Assembly: GCF_000253055.1 (NCBI RefSeq)
Contig: NC_016070.1
Coordinates: 1,710,001 to 1,742,000 of the forward strand
DNA from: Thermoproteus tenax Kra 1
GTDB taxonomy: Archaea; Thermoproteota; Thermoprotei; Thermoproteales; Thermoproteaceae
Direction of reading: 5' to 3'
Length of the DNA stretch: 32,000 nucleotides
Position numbers and translations under genes: made by a program. Under the pieces are notes generated by a model. It was not told the origin of the DNA. It saw only the letters and a program-made list of their open reading frames with translations, and searched no databases. Positions within the stretch are counted from its first letter, which is position 1; every line of letters begins with the position of its first letter. Below are positions 1 to 8,620 of this stretch, in pieces.

Positions 1-1
1 C

Positions 2-577
2 GAGGACGCAGATATAGAGGTTGTGGCCTATGTGCCAGAGACGGCGAGACATGCAGCGGCTGGATACGCAGAGGGCTTAGGCAGACCTTTAGTCGACGCA
101 GTCCTCAAGAACAGATATTCGGGCCGCATATTCATAAAACCCCCCTATATGAGGAACGCATCGCCCAGCTTCAGAGTCGTTGAGGATTACGTCAAAGGGC
201 GGAGAGTAGCCCTGGTGGACGACTCGCTGATAAGGGGAACCAACCTTAGGGATATAGTCGTCAAGCTCAAGGCTGCAGGCGCCCGGGAGGTCCACGTTAG
301 AATAGCGTCTCCGCCTGTTAAGTGGCCGTGTTTCTTCGGGATGGACTTCCAGAGCAGGTCTGAACTTATGGCCAACGGAAGAGGCCTTGCAGAGATAGCA
401 AGACTGTTGAGGGCGGACTCTCTACGGTACCTCTCCCTCGAGCAGTTCAAGGTCGTCATAGGCGAGAGGGCGTGCTACGGCTGTTTCACTGGCCGATATC
501 CACAGAGGATTAAGGTTGCCCAGCTCGAGAGGGAGATAGCTACATCAAGGGAGAAAGCACTTGGCGCAGAGCCTTAG
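2..577 (+). CDS. purF: Amidophosphoribosyltransferase (PurF), C-terminal part; 5' end lies outside the window
   Basis: The reading frame is open to the window edge. It carries the PRPP-binding loop VALVDDSLIRGTN, the segment SPPVKWPCFFGMDF, and a C-terminal CYGCFTGRYP typical of Fe-S-type PurF. Confidence 0.85.
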   Translation, partial: EDADIEVVAYVPETARHAAAGYAEGLGRPLVDAVLKNRYSGRIFIKPPYMRNASPSFRVVEDYVKGRRVALVDDSLIRGTNLRDIVVKLKAAGAREVHVRIASPPVKWPCFFGMDFQSRSELMANGRGLAEIARLLRADSLRYLSLEQFKVVIGERACYGCFTGRYPQRIKVAQLEREIATSREKALGAEP

Positions 578-1672
578 CCCTCTGGCCTCGGCAACTTTGA
601 GCAAATCATTGACACTAGGCCACTTAAGCCCGTCAGCCTCAAGGGCCATGCGCGCCTCCTCCTCGGTGAGCACGTTCGCCATCATGGCCTCGCGCTCAGG
701 CATCTTGACTCCATACGGGCACTTGCTCCTCAATGGCGGAGAGGCCACGGCTATTGAGATCTCCCGGGCGCCGGCCTTGCGCCTCAACACTTGAACTACG
801 GCCTTGAGAGTGAGGCCCGAGATCACGCTGTCGTCCACCAATAACACCCTCTTGCCCCTCACTAGGTGCTCCACAGGGTTCGCCTTGAGTTGCACCACGG
901 AGAGTCTCGCCCTCATATCGTCCAATAGGGCGCTCCTGCCCCTTGTGGTCTGAACAAACGCGGGAACATACGGCCTCCCTGCCTTGGTCGCCAACAAGGC
1001 CGCGTAGTAGGCCCCTGTCTCTGGCACGCCTACGATGACATCGGCATCAACTGGAGCGAGCAAGGAGGCCAATGCCTCTCTAAGCTCGGCGATAGGCACG
1101 CCGTCGACCTTGCTGTCGAACCTCATCGAGTATATGGCCTCAAGCGCGCACAAGCGCCCTCCGCCTCCTCCGGTGCTCTCGACGCCGTACTGCGTAATTT
1201 TAACGAGCTCGCCCACTTTGAGGCTCCGCCTCAAGTCGCCGCCCAACACATCTATAGTTGCGGTCTCAGTGGCTGCCAGAGCGAGGTCGAAGCCGTAGGC
1301 GCCCAGAGCCAGATGCCATAGATCAGATCTATACAGATACATCTCGCCGCGGTCTGTGAGGGCCACGTAGGTCGTGCTCTCTGGCCGCCCGCCCGGTCTC
1401 ACGTCTTCGTTGCCCATCTTGCACAGTACATAGTCCGGCCCCTCAGTGCAACAGTTTTGCGCCCATACGCAGCCGATAGCCGCGTTGCCCCACAAGCCCA
1501 CCGATCTGCCCGGATCTACCTCTTGTACGCCCTCCTTGTTATAGACATACGCCCTTCTGACATGCCCTCTGTTGCGCATGGACAATATGCCGTAGTGTAC
1601 GTAGGGCCCCAACTCCGTCTCTGGGCCAAAGGCGTATACAGCCAGGAGGCCTGCGCTCATGTCCTCAGCCAA
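545..1672 (-). CDS. PurF-like amidophosphoribosyltransferase paralog with a degenerate glutaminase domain (no N-terminal Cys)
   Basis: PurF-like along its whole length: CALEAIYSMRFDS, ADVIVGVPETG, KRVLLVDDSVISGLT, SPPLRSKCPYGV and a C-terminal CAKCF. The N-terminus is MAEDMSAGLLAVYAFG and the first Cys is at residue 68. The start could instead be the Met at 1660. It is last in the purD-purS-purQ overlap chain. Confidence 0.8.
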   Translation of the reverse strand: MAEDMSAGLLAVYAFGPETELGPYVHYGILSMRNRGHVRRAYVYNKEGVQEVDPGRSVGLWGNAAIGCVWAQNCCTEGPDYVLCKMGNEDVRPGGRPESTTYVALTDRGEMYLYRSDLWHLALGAYGFDLALAATETATIDVLGGDLRRSLKVGELVKITQYGVESTGGGGGRLCALEAIYSMRFDSKVDGVPIAELREALASLLAPVDADVIVGVPETGAYYAALLATKAGRPYVPAFVQTTRGRSALLDDMRARLSVVQLKANPVEHLVRGKRVLLVDDSVISGLTLKAVVQVLRRKAGAREISIAVASPPLRSKCPYGVKMPEREAMMANVLTEEEARMALEADGLKWPSVNDLLKVAEARGLRLCAKCFLP

Positions 1673-2289
1673 AGCTTTAAACTGAGCCAGACTCTAGCCC
1701 CATCTCCGCTCGATACATGGCGATCCACCGCTCTCTCTGGATGCGGCATCATGCCCACGACGTTGCCTGAGGATATGCCGGCTATTAGGTCCATGGAACC
1801 GTTTATATCCTCCACATACTTGACCACAGCCCGAGGCCTTTCCTCATAGACGTAGCGGCCTTCCCCGTGCGCGACCGGCAACCTTATCGTCTCGCCCTCC
1901 TCGTAGAGCAGAGTAAATGGAGTCTTTACGTCTACTACGCGCACTAAGACGTCTCTTGATACGAATCTGGGGGGATCGTTGGGCAATAAGGCTCCGGGCA
2001 GTACGCCCGCCTCAACTAGTATCTGGAATCCGTTACATATCCCCAGTATCGGCGTGCCCCTCTCGGCATCCTCTCTGAGCTCCTCGGCGGCTTTAGTCCT
2101 CGCCGCTATGGCGCCTGCCCTTAGCCTATCCCCATAGCTGAATCCGCCGGCCACTATAACTGCGTCGTAGACGCCCGCCTTGTATTCCTTGTGCCACACG
2201 ATCCTTCCCGTAAGGCCCACAAGCTCTAGAGCCCTGAGGACGTCCCTATCTCCGTTTGTGCCGGGGAAGGCCAGGACGGCTATTTCCAT
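1657..2289 (-). CDS. purQ: Phosphoribosylformylglycinamidine synthase, glutamine amidotransferase subunit PurQ
   Basis: Shows MEIAVLAFPGTNGD, the catalytic LGICNGFQ, and HGEGRY...MMPHPER. I moved the start to the internal ATG at 2289 because the upstream 42 codons of the tracked ORF overlap purS and are not PurQ-like. Confidence 0.9.
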   Translation of the reverse strand: MEIAVLAFPGTNGDRDVLRALELVGLTGRIVWHKEYKAGVYDAVIVAGGFSYGDRLRAGAIAARTKAAEELREDAERGTPILGICNGFQILVEAGVLPGALLPNDPPRFVSRDVLVRVVDVKTPFTLLYEEGETIRLPVAHGEGRYVYEERPRAVVKYVEDINGSMDLIAGISSGNVVGMMPHPERAVDRHVSSGDGARVWLSLKLWLRT

Positions 2290-2540
2290 GGCCCGACCTT
2301 CAACACCTCTATAGAATGCACGTTCGGATTGCCAAGACGGAGCCTCCTGGCCAGATCCACAGCTATGTCGGTTGCAGATCTCTCGTCCTGAGCCTCTACT
2401 ATTAGTCTCAAACACTTGCCCGAGCGGACCGGCACGTTGAGACCTGCCCTCTCGAAGACCTCCCTCTGTATGGTCTCCCCCTCCGGATCTCTTATGTGCT
2501 CCTTGTATCCTATGTTGATGTATACTGCAAACTTAGGCAT
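2280..2540 (-). CDS. purS: Phosphoribosylformylglycinamidine synthase subunit PurS
   Basis: An 86-aa protein with the motif IRDPEGETIQ. It sits directly between purD and purQ and overlaps both slightly. Confidence 0.9.
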   Translation of the reverse strand: MPKFAVYINIGYKEHIRDPEGETIQREVFERAGLNVPVRSGKCLRLIVEAQDERSATDIAVDLARRLRLGNPNVHSIEVLKVGPWK

Positions 2541-3978
2541 AGTCTACTACTGAGATCTTCGCGCCAGGGGCCCAGTCTATCCTCTTGCCTCCTAGCCCCC
2601 TCTCGCGCCTCCATTTATAGACAGCTCTGACCTTCTCGGCCCTATCCCTCATAGATCTCAGATATTCGGCCGAGCCTATGTCGCGTCTATAGAACAACCC
2701 ATCGCCTCTCACGGCTGTAGCGCACCTCTCCGCTCTCTCGTAGGCCTCAGAGGGAGTCCGCCCGGCGGCCAATACCTCGACCGCCCTAGATCCTAGAGTC
2801 ACGTATCCAGCGCTATCTTCTACGGCCGATCCAAAGAAGACGTAACAGCCCTCTCTCTGGACTATGTCCCAATCTATCGTGAACCTCCGCCCGCGGGCCA
2901 TGGCGCGGTCGACAGGGTATCCCAACGGCGCTATGGCCTTCACCACAGTGTACTCGCCCCTGAAGCCCACCTTGAGCCCCCCTAGGCGGCCCGACGCGGC
3001 TCTGGTGAAGAGCTCGTAGGCATCGTCGTCGAGCAGGTACATGACGTTTAGAGCCTCGGGATCTCCGAACCTGCTGTAGAACTCTATGAGGGTCGGCCCA
3101 TAAGCCGTCAACATCATCTGCGCGCTTATTACGCCCCTATACTCCACACCGAACTCCAACTTGACGGCCTCAATAGTCCTCTTGAGGATCTCGGCGGCTT
3201 CGGCCTGCTCCTCCTCGGTCACGTAGTCGAGCGGCGCCACTGTGCCCATGCCTCCGCACTCTGGGCCAAGCCCCAGCTCGAACGCGTGCGGGTTGTCTTG
3301 AACCACGGGGAAGGGCAATACTGAGCTTCCATCGGCCAACGCCTGGACTGTGTACTCTACGCCCCATACGGCCTCCTCAACTAACACTCCACTTTCCACG
3401 TCTCGATAGTTGGCCAACGCATCGACTACATCTGCGAGTCTGCTCCGAGCCAACTGCTCCCTGGCCTCCTCGAGATACTGGCCGGAGGAATATACTACTC
3501 TGACCCCCTTGCCTCCAGCCTGCCTAATCGGCTTTATCGCCACAGAGCCCATGGCCTTAATATAGGAGAGGGCCTCGTTGAGGTCCTTAAACACGGCGAA
3601 GGCGAGCCTTCCAGGTATTTTGTACTTCCACATTATGTTTCTTGCAATATCTTTTCTCATCTCAATCAAGGCTCCCTTGAATGGCGCACCAAGCGTCAGA
3701 AAGCCCCTCTCTATCAGCCTGTCGGAGACTCCGCGGAAAAGGGGCTCCTCTGGCCCTATCACGACTAGATCAGGCGATATCTCCTCGGCGGTTTTCACAG
3801 CTTGCGCCGGGTCTAAGTAATCACCTAAGCGGTAGTCGCCTCCCGTCCTCTTGACGACATCCTTAATGCCTGGGTTCACGTGTTTTCCCATCGCGTAGAC
3901 TCTAACGCCGCTCTTGGACAGAGACCAAGCCAGCGCGTGTTCGCGGGCTCCATCGCCGACAACGAGGACCTTCTCCAT
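2533..3978 (-). CDS. purD: Phosphoribosylamine-glycine ligase (GAR synthetase) PurD
   Basis: Shows MEKVLVVGDGAREHALAW and ATP-grasp segments. I prefer the ATG at 3978 over the GTG at 3990 because a TATTTAAAT box is centred about 25 nt upstream of 3978. Confidence 0.9.
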   Translation of the reverse strand: MEKVLVVGDGAREHALAWSLSKSGVRVYAMGKHVNPGIKDVVKRTGGDYRLGDYLDPAQAVKTAEEISPDLVVIGPEEPLFRGVSDRLIERGFLTLGAPFKGALIEMRKDIARNIMWKYKIPGRLAFAVFKDLNEALSYIKAMGSVAIKPIRQAGGKGVRVVYSSGQYLEEAREQLARSRLADVVDALANYRDVESGVLVEEAVWGVEYTVQALADGSSVLPFPVVQDNPHAFELGLGPECGGMGTVAPLDYVTEEEQAEAAEILKRTIEAVKLEFGVEYRGVISAQMMLTAYGPTLIEFYSRFGDPEALNVMYLLDDDAYELFTRAASGRLGGLKVGFRGEYTVVKAIAPLGYPVDRAMARGRRFTIDWDIVQREGCYVFFGSAVEDSAGYVTLGSRAVEVLAAGRTPSEAYERAERCATAVRGDGLFYRRDIGSAEYLRSMRDRAEKVRAVYKWRRERGLGGKRIDWAPGAKISVVDYA

Positions 3979-3997
3979 ACGCCGTTGCACTGTTGGC

Positions 3998-4008
3998 TAT
4001 ATTTAAAT
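3998..4008 (-). promoter_or_regulatory. TATA-like box for the purD operon
   Basis: A TATATTTAAAT box is centred about 25 nt upstream of the ATG at 3978. Confidence 0.45.
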
Positions 4009-4043
4009 GTTTTCTTAAAATGGTCGCCGAGATCTCCGAGGAA

Positions 4044-4054
4044 CTTTTAAATAG
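4044..4054 (+). promoter_or_regulatory. TATA-like box for purC
   Basis: A CTTTTAAATAG box is centred about 26 nt upstream of the ATG at 4075. Confidence 0.45.
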
Positions 4055-4065
4055 AGATTAAGTAC

Positions 4066-4767
4066 ATGCTTAATATGAACCCGGCCTACGAGGGGAAGGC
4101 GAAGGTAGTATACGACCTCGGCGATAGGCTGTTGATGAAGTTTAAGGATGTAGTGACTGCGGGGGACGGCGCCAGGCGTGACGAGGCGCCTGGGAAAGGC
4201 GCCTTGGCCGCCAAGACCACCGCGATTTTGTTCCAGAAGATCGACGTTCCGCACCACTTTCTATCGTACGAACCCCCCGACTCGATAGTAGTAGAGAAGC
4301 TGCAGATGATACCGCTCGAGGTCATAGTGAGGTTCTTCGCCTACGGGAGCTACCTCAGGAGGATGAGGGTTGAGCCTCTGCGGGAGTTCTCAAGGCCCAT
4401 TGTGGAGTTCCATCTGAAGGACGATACACTGCACGATCCCCTAGTGTTAGAGGACGACATAGTCGAGGCCAAGATGGCGGACAGGGGCGAGTTGGCTCAG
4501 ATGAAGGATATGGCATTGAGAGCGGCAGCTCAGCTCAGAGACTTCTTCGCGTCCAGAGGGCTACAGCTGTTGGATGTCAAATTCGAGTTCGGGAGGAGCT
4601 CCTCGGGCCTGAAGCTGGCAGACGAGATATCGGGCGATACCATAAGGGTCCTATATCATGGAGAACATCTGGATAAAGAGTACTACAGGAAGACTGGCGA
4701 CGTTAGAGGGCTTTTGGAGAGGTACAGAAAGCTATTGGAGCTCATCAGCTTAGAACAACTCCGTTGA
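4066..4767 (+). CDS. purC: SAICAR synthase PurC
   Basis: Shows YEGKAKVVYD and LLDVKFEFG motifs. The in-frame ATG at 4075 may be the true start, since a TTTTAAATA box is centred about 26 nt upstream of it. Confidence 0.9.
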   Translation: MLNMNPAYEGKAKVVYDLGDRLLMKFKDVVTAGDGARRDEAPGKGALAAKTTAILFQKIDVPHHFLSYEPPDSIVVEKLQMIPLEVIVRFFAYGSYLRRMRVEPLREFSRPIVEFHLKDDTLHDPLVLEDDIVEAKMADRGELAQMKDMALRAAAQLRDFFASRGLQLLDVKFEFGRSSSGLKLADEISGDTIRVLYHGEHLDKEYYRKTGDVRGLLERYRKLLELISLEQLR

Positions 4768-5668
4768 CCACTACGGGCCCATCGCTCTTCACTACGCCTA
4801 TAAGCTTTGCGGGGAGACCCAGGCGCTCAAGCTCCCTCAATGCGCCCTCTTTATCCTCGGTGAAGAGCACCATGCCGATGCCCATGTTGAACACTCCGTA
4901 CGCCTCCTCAGGAGCTACCCTCTTGGCCACTTCGCGGGCCCAACATGGAAGCTTAAAGGCAAGCTCGGCGCCTAGATTCCCCAAGACGCGCCTTATCTTC
5001 CTGAACGAGCCTCCTGTGATATGTGCGGCAGATTTTATTATACCGCTCTTCATAAGCTCCAGCACGGGGGAGTAGTCGGCCACGGGCCTTAGAAACAGCT
5101 CGGAGACTCTGTCTCCGCAGAGTGTCTCGTCCAACTTGAACAGCCTCCTCAACAAACTGTAGCCGTTGGCGTGCGGCCCCGTGGACTCCAAGCCTACTAT
5201 GAAATCGCCTGGCTTAACAGCCGCCGTCTCGGCGTATCGAGAGGCCGCTACAGTGCAAACTACGTCGACTCCATTAATCAAATCGGGCAGTATGGCCGTC
5301 TCACCGCCGAGCACTACTGCGCCCACTCGCCTGGCAGCCTCCTTCACCCCTCTCAAGACGTCGGCCGCTAAGTCCTCCAGGCCCGGTCTCAGAGCTATAT
5401 AGTCGACAACGGCCAGAGGCTTGAAACCGTCACATACGACGTCGTTTACGTTGACCATGACGCAGTCCCAGCCGGCGACCTCCATCCTGTCTGCCTCTTG
5501 TAGCCAGATCGTCTTGGTGCCTACGCCGTCCACGTGTAGAGCCAAGTCCCGCAAGTTCCCCCCAATCCAGTTGACGTAGGCTCCTTTGAGGCCTCCCAAG
5601 ATTGTGCCGGCCGCCTTGTGGATCTCCCTCTGTTTATCTAGATCGACGCCGGCCTCTTTATACCTCAT
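4745..5668 (-). CDS. purM: AIR synthase (phosphoribosylformylglycinamidine cyclo-ligase) PurM
   Basis: Shows MRYKEAGVDLDK, HVDGVGTK and HITGGSF. Its start overlaps the folD stop by 4 nt. Confidence 0.9.
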   Translation of the reverse strand: MRYKEAGVDLDKQREIHKAAGTILGGLKGAYVNWIGGNLRDLALHVDGVGTKTIWLQEADRMEVAGWDCVMVNVNDVVCDGFKPLAVVDYIALRPGLEDLAADVLRGVKEAARRVGAVVLGGETAILPDLINGVDVVCTVAASRYAETAAVKPGDFIVGLESTGPHANGYSLLRRLFKLDETLCGDRVSELFLRPVADYSPVLELMKSGIIKSAAHITGGSFRKIRRVLGNLGAELAFKLPCWAREVAKRVAPEEAYGVFNMGIGMVLFTEDKEGALRELERLGLPAKLIGVVKSDGPVVVNGVVLS

Positions 5669-6618
5669 GGCAACTTGGGGGCATCTATGCCTAGAACTCT
5701 CGGCGAGGCGACCTGCTTAGCCACCATATAGCTAGTTATTATGAGGTTTCTAATTATTCTGGACCTAGTCGCCAGCCCGACCCCGCCCACGTTGGGCGTC
5801 AGATAGGAGGCCCTCCTCGCCACATCCTCCTCGTCTACATCGTAGTACCACTTGCCGGTGGCCGGATCAACCTTGCCCCCTACGCCTATAACGACGGCGC
5901 CCTCTTTGATCATATCACCGGTGAGACGCCAAGGAGAGTCCTTATATATCTCAGGGGGCCGCCCCACGGCCGAGATCACTATATCGGCGTGTCTGACGTA
6001 GTATAGCTTGTCTTTGCTCAAGGCATGTAGGACGGTCACTGTTGCGTCCAACTGCATGAGCATTATGGACAAAGGCTTTCCCACGAGCTCTCCCTTGCCT
6101 ACAACGACGACGTCCTTGCCCCTCACATCAATATTGTAGTACTTGAGCATCTCCAGGATTCCCGCCGGAGTGCAGGGGAGAACGTCGCGATCCAGATCGA
6201 AACCGGCCACGAGCCTCTTCTTATTCTCGGGCGTCAGTCCGTCCACATCCTTGAGGGGGCTCAGGCGCTCGAAGATTAGGCTCTCGTTCATCCAAGGGGG
6301 CAGAGGCTTTTGAACTATTATCCCAGTGACGTCGTCCGCGACGTTGAGCCTCTCGATCAGTTCGAGGGCGGCCTTAGTCCTCCTCTCGGGAGGGACATCG
6401 TGTAGCTCGTAGATATAGGCGTCCCCTCCGATCTCCTTGATGTCCCTCAGTTTCAGATTGGCGTATCTCCGTTGCGTCTCGAGCTCCACTGGGTCGTCGT
6501 TGAGGAGTAGGATGGCCAACGTGGGCGTCAGCCCAAGCTCCTCCAGAGCCTTGACGTGTCTCCTGGCCCACTCCTTGGCCGCCTCGTGGAGAGGTCTCCC
6601 CCTAATCCAGTCGGCCAT
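5665..6618 (-). CDS. folD: Bifunctional methylene-tetrahydrofolate dehydrogenase/cyclohydrolase FolD-like
   Basis: Shows TGIIVQKPLP, KDVDGLTP, LPCTPAG, VVVVGKGELVGKP and TPNVGGVG. It is embedded in the purK-purN-folD-purM overlap chain. Confidence 0.85.
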   Translation of the reverse strand: MADWIRGRPLHEAAKEWARRHVKALEELGLTPTLAILLLNDDPVELETQRRYANLKLRDIKEIGGDAYIYELHDVPPERRTKAALELIERLNVADDVTGIIVQKPLPPWMNESLIFERLSPLKDVDGLTPENKKRLVAGFDLDRDVLPCTPAGILEMLKYYNIDVRGKDVVVVGKGELVGKPLSIMLMQLDATVTVLHALSKDKLYYVRHADIVISAVGRPPEIYKDSPWRLTGDMIKEGAVVIGVGGKVDPATGKWYYDVDEEDVARRASYLTPNVGGVGLATRSRIIRNLIITSYMVAKQVASPRVLGIDAPKLP

Positions 6619-7435
6619 AGCCCAGAATGACGCCCAAGTCCTTGCCGGCGTTGCTCCATTCCCTCAGTTGTAGTTCGATGTAGGCCCTCTGCCTTTCCTC
6701 CCAATCCTCCAGCCACTGCCGAGTGTACCTTAGCCTTGCCCTCCAAACTTCGCGCTCCTCCTCTCTGTAGATTACTCTATTGTTCTCCTCGACTACGGTG
6801 GGCACTTTGACCACCTCTCTGTAGATATCCAGTAGCCCGTCCGCCACAGCCTGGAGGACTCTCGAGTAAAGCCTGTGTTCGTAAATCAACACTCTGTCCG
6901 CGATCAGCTCGATCTTGCGCTCGTAGGGCAACTCTAGGGCATAGATATCGCCTATATACACAGGCCATTGGTCCAGAATGGGCCCTCCGTCCACAGATTC
7001 ATCGACCAAGTGAACAGTTGGTCCAGTCACTCTGGCGCCGGATTTGTAGACCTCCATGTGAACCCTCAGTCCATACATCCCCTTGCCTCCAGCGAAGGGC
7101 AACAGCGAGGGGTGTATGTTGAGGACCCTCCATTTGAACTTCTCCAACACGGCGCGTCCCAGAATATAGTCATAGCCGGCGAGGGCCACATAGTCGACTC
7201 CGCTGTCCCTTAGAGCTTGCGCTATTTCCTCCTCCCTTTTAGGCCGCGGCACTCCCTTATGTTTTATGTAGAGCGACTCAATTCCGTATTCCTCTGCGAT
7301 CTTTCGGACTGGCGCATCCTGATCGCTGTAGATCAACAGGGCGATATCCACCCCCCTCAACACGCCGAGCCTTATGTGGTCCACTATAGCCTTAAAGTTC
7401 GTGCCTCGCCACGACGCCAAGATCCCCAGCCTCAT
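6602..7435 (-). CDS. purN: Phosphoribosylglycinamide formyltransferase PurN with a C-terminal extension of about 70 aa
   Basis: Shows GILASWRGTNF, NIHPSLLP, and GPTVHLVDESVDGGPIL. At 277 aa it is longer than the roughly 200 aa usual for PurN. Confidence 0.85.
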   Translation of the reverse strand: MRLGILASWRGTNFKAIVDHIRLGVLRGVDIALLIYSDQDAPVRKIAEEYGIESLYIKHKGVPRPKREEEIAQALRDSGVDYVALAGYDYILGRAVLEKFKWRVLNIHPSLLPFAGGKGMYGLRVHMEVYKSGARVTGPTVHLVDESVDGGPILDQWPVYIGDIYALELPYERKIELIADRVLIYEHRLYSRVLQAVADGLLDIYREVVKVPTVVEENNRVIYREEEREVWRARLRYTRQWLEDWEERQRAYIELQLREWSNAGKDLGVILGYGRLD

Positions 7436-8532
7436 GCCTTGACCGCCATGCGGTCTCTCTCCTTGAGCACAAGGCGGGGGAACCTGCGCCCGTACAACAT
7501 AGCCAAGACCCGTAGTGCCTTCTTCACCGCGTCGCTCACGTCGGCCCCCGTCACGTTCACGTGGCCCATTTTCCTCCTCGGCGTGGCCCGCGCCTTATGG
7601 TACCAGTACACTCTGCCTAATTTCTCAAGCTCAACCCAAGGTATCTCTTCTGCGTTGAGCCCCAGTATGTTCACCATGGCGACGCTAGGCGTATATCTAG
7701 GCAGTCTGAGGCCCAGGCCGAGGACGGCCCTAACGTGGGTCTCAAACTGGCTTACGTCTGTCTCGAGAGTCCAATGGCCTGTGTTGTGGACTCTGGGTGC
7801 TATCTCGTTGACCAATATTCTGCCGTCTCTAGCCTCGAAGAACTCCACGGCCAACACTCCAACGTATTTCCTCGCCTCGGCTATCTTCGCTACGACTTCC
7901 TCGGCCTCCTTCGGCGCTTGCGTTGGGGCAAAGCTCCAGACCAGTATGCCGTCGACGTAGTAGTTCTGGGCCGGCGGATAGTAGTAAATGTCGCCGTCTT
8001 CAGTTCTGGCGGCTACTATTGAGAACTCCCTCTTGATATCCACGAGCTCCTCGACTAATAGCTCACCTCTGAGCTGTCTGATGCGGCCGGCCATGCTGGG
8101 GTATACATACTGGCCCTTACCGTCGTAGCCGCCGGAGGGCTCCTTGACTACAGCTCTTCCGAACGTCTCTGCCATCTTCACTGCCTCTTCTCCTCCCTTA
8201 GCCACAGCCCATCTAGGAGTCGGGATCCCCAGCGAGTTGAGGAAGTTCCTCTCGTCTATTCTGCTCCTCTTTATAGACAAGTACTCAAGCGGCGGCCTCA
8301 GCTTTCCGCGCCTCTCTGCGTATTCGGCCACCCTAAAATCGACGTTCTCAAATTCGAAGGTCACATAGTCCGCCAGATCGACGGCCGCTAGAGGATCCTG
8401 GACTGCTCTGCCGGCCCTCAACGCGGGGGCCTCAGGGTTTTCATCGTAGACGTAAATCTCTGCTGGCAACCGGGCGCTCTCCCAGATCATCATGAGGGCT
8501 AGTTGACCTCCGCCTAAGATCAACAGGCGCAT
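7432..8532 (-). CDS. purK: N5-carboxyaminoimidazole ribonucleotide synthase PurK
   Basis: Shows MRLLILGGGQLALMM, an ATP-grasp core, and APRVHNTGHWT. Confidence 0.9.
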   Translation of the reverse strand: MRLLILGGGQLALMMIWESARLPAEIYVYDENPEAPALRAGRAVQDPLAAVDLADYVTFEFENVDFRVAEYAERRGKLRPPLEYLSIKRSRIDERNFLNSLGIPTPRWAVAKGGEEAVKMAETFGRAVVKEPSGGYDGKGQYVYPSMAGRIRQLRGELLVEELVDIKREFSIVAARTEDGDIYYYPPAQNYYVDGILVWSFAPTQAPKEAEEVVAKIAEARKYVGVLAVEFFEARDGRILVNEIAPRVHNTGHWTLETDVSQFETHVRAVLGLGLRLPRYTPSVAMVNILGLNAEEIPWVELEKLGRVYWYHKARATPRRKMGHVNVTGADVSDAVKKALRVLAMLYGRRFPRLVLKERDRMAVKA

Positions 8533-8620
8533 GGGCAGTTAAAGTCCTGAATTTAAAAATTTCTTTAAAACATATCGGCGTAGCAATAAGCCGAACAAGG
8601 GAAAATGTTTAACTATATGC

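Noticed and set aside
2290-2415. A 42-codon N-terminal extension of the purQ ORF.
   Set aside because: It overlaps purS in another frame and has no PurQ similarity. The canonical MEIAVLAFPGTNGD begins at the ATG at 2289.
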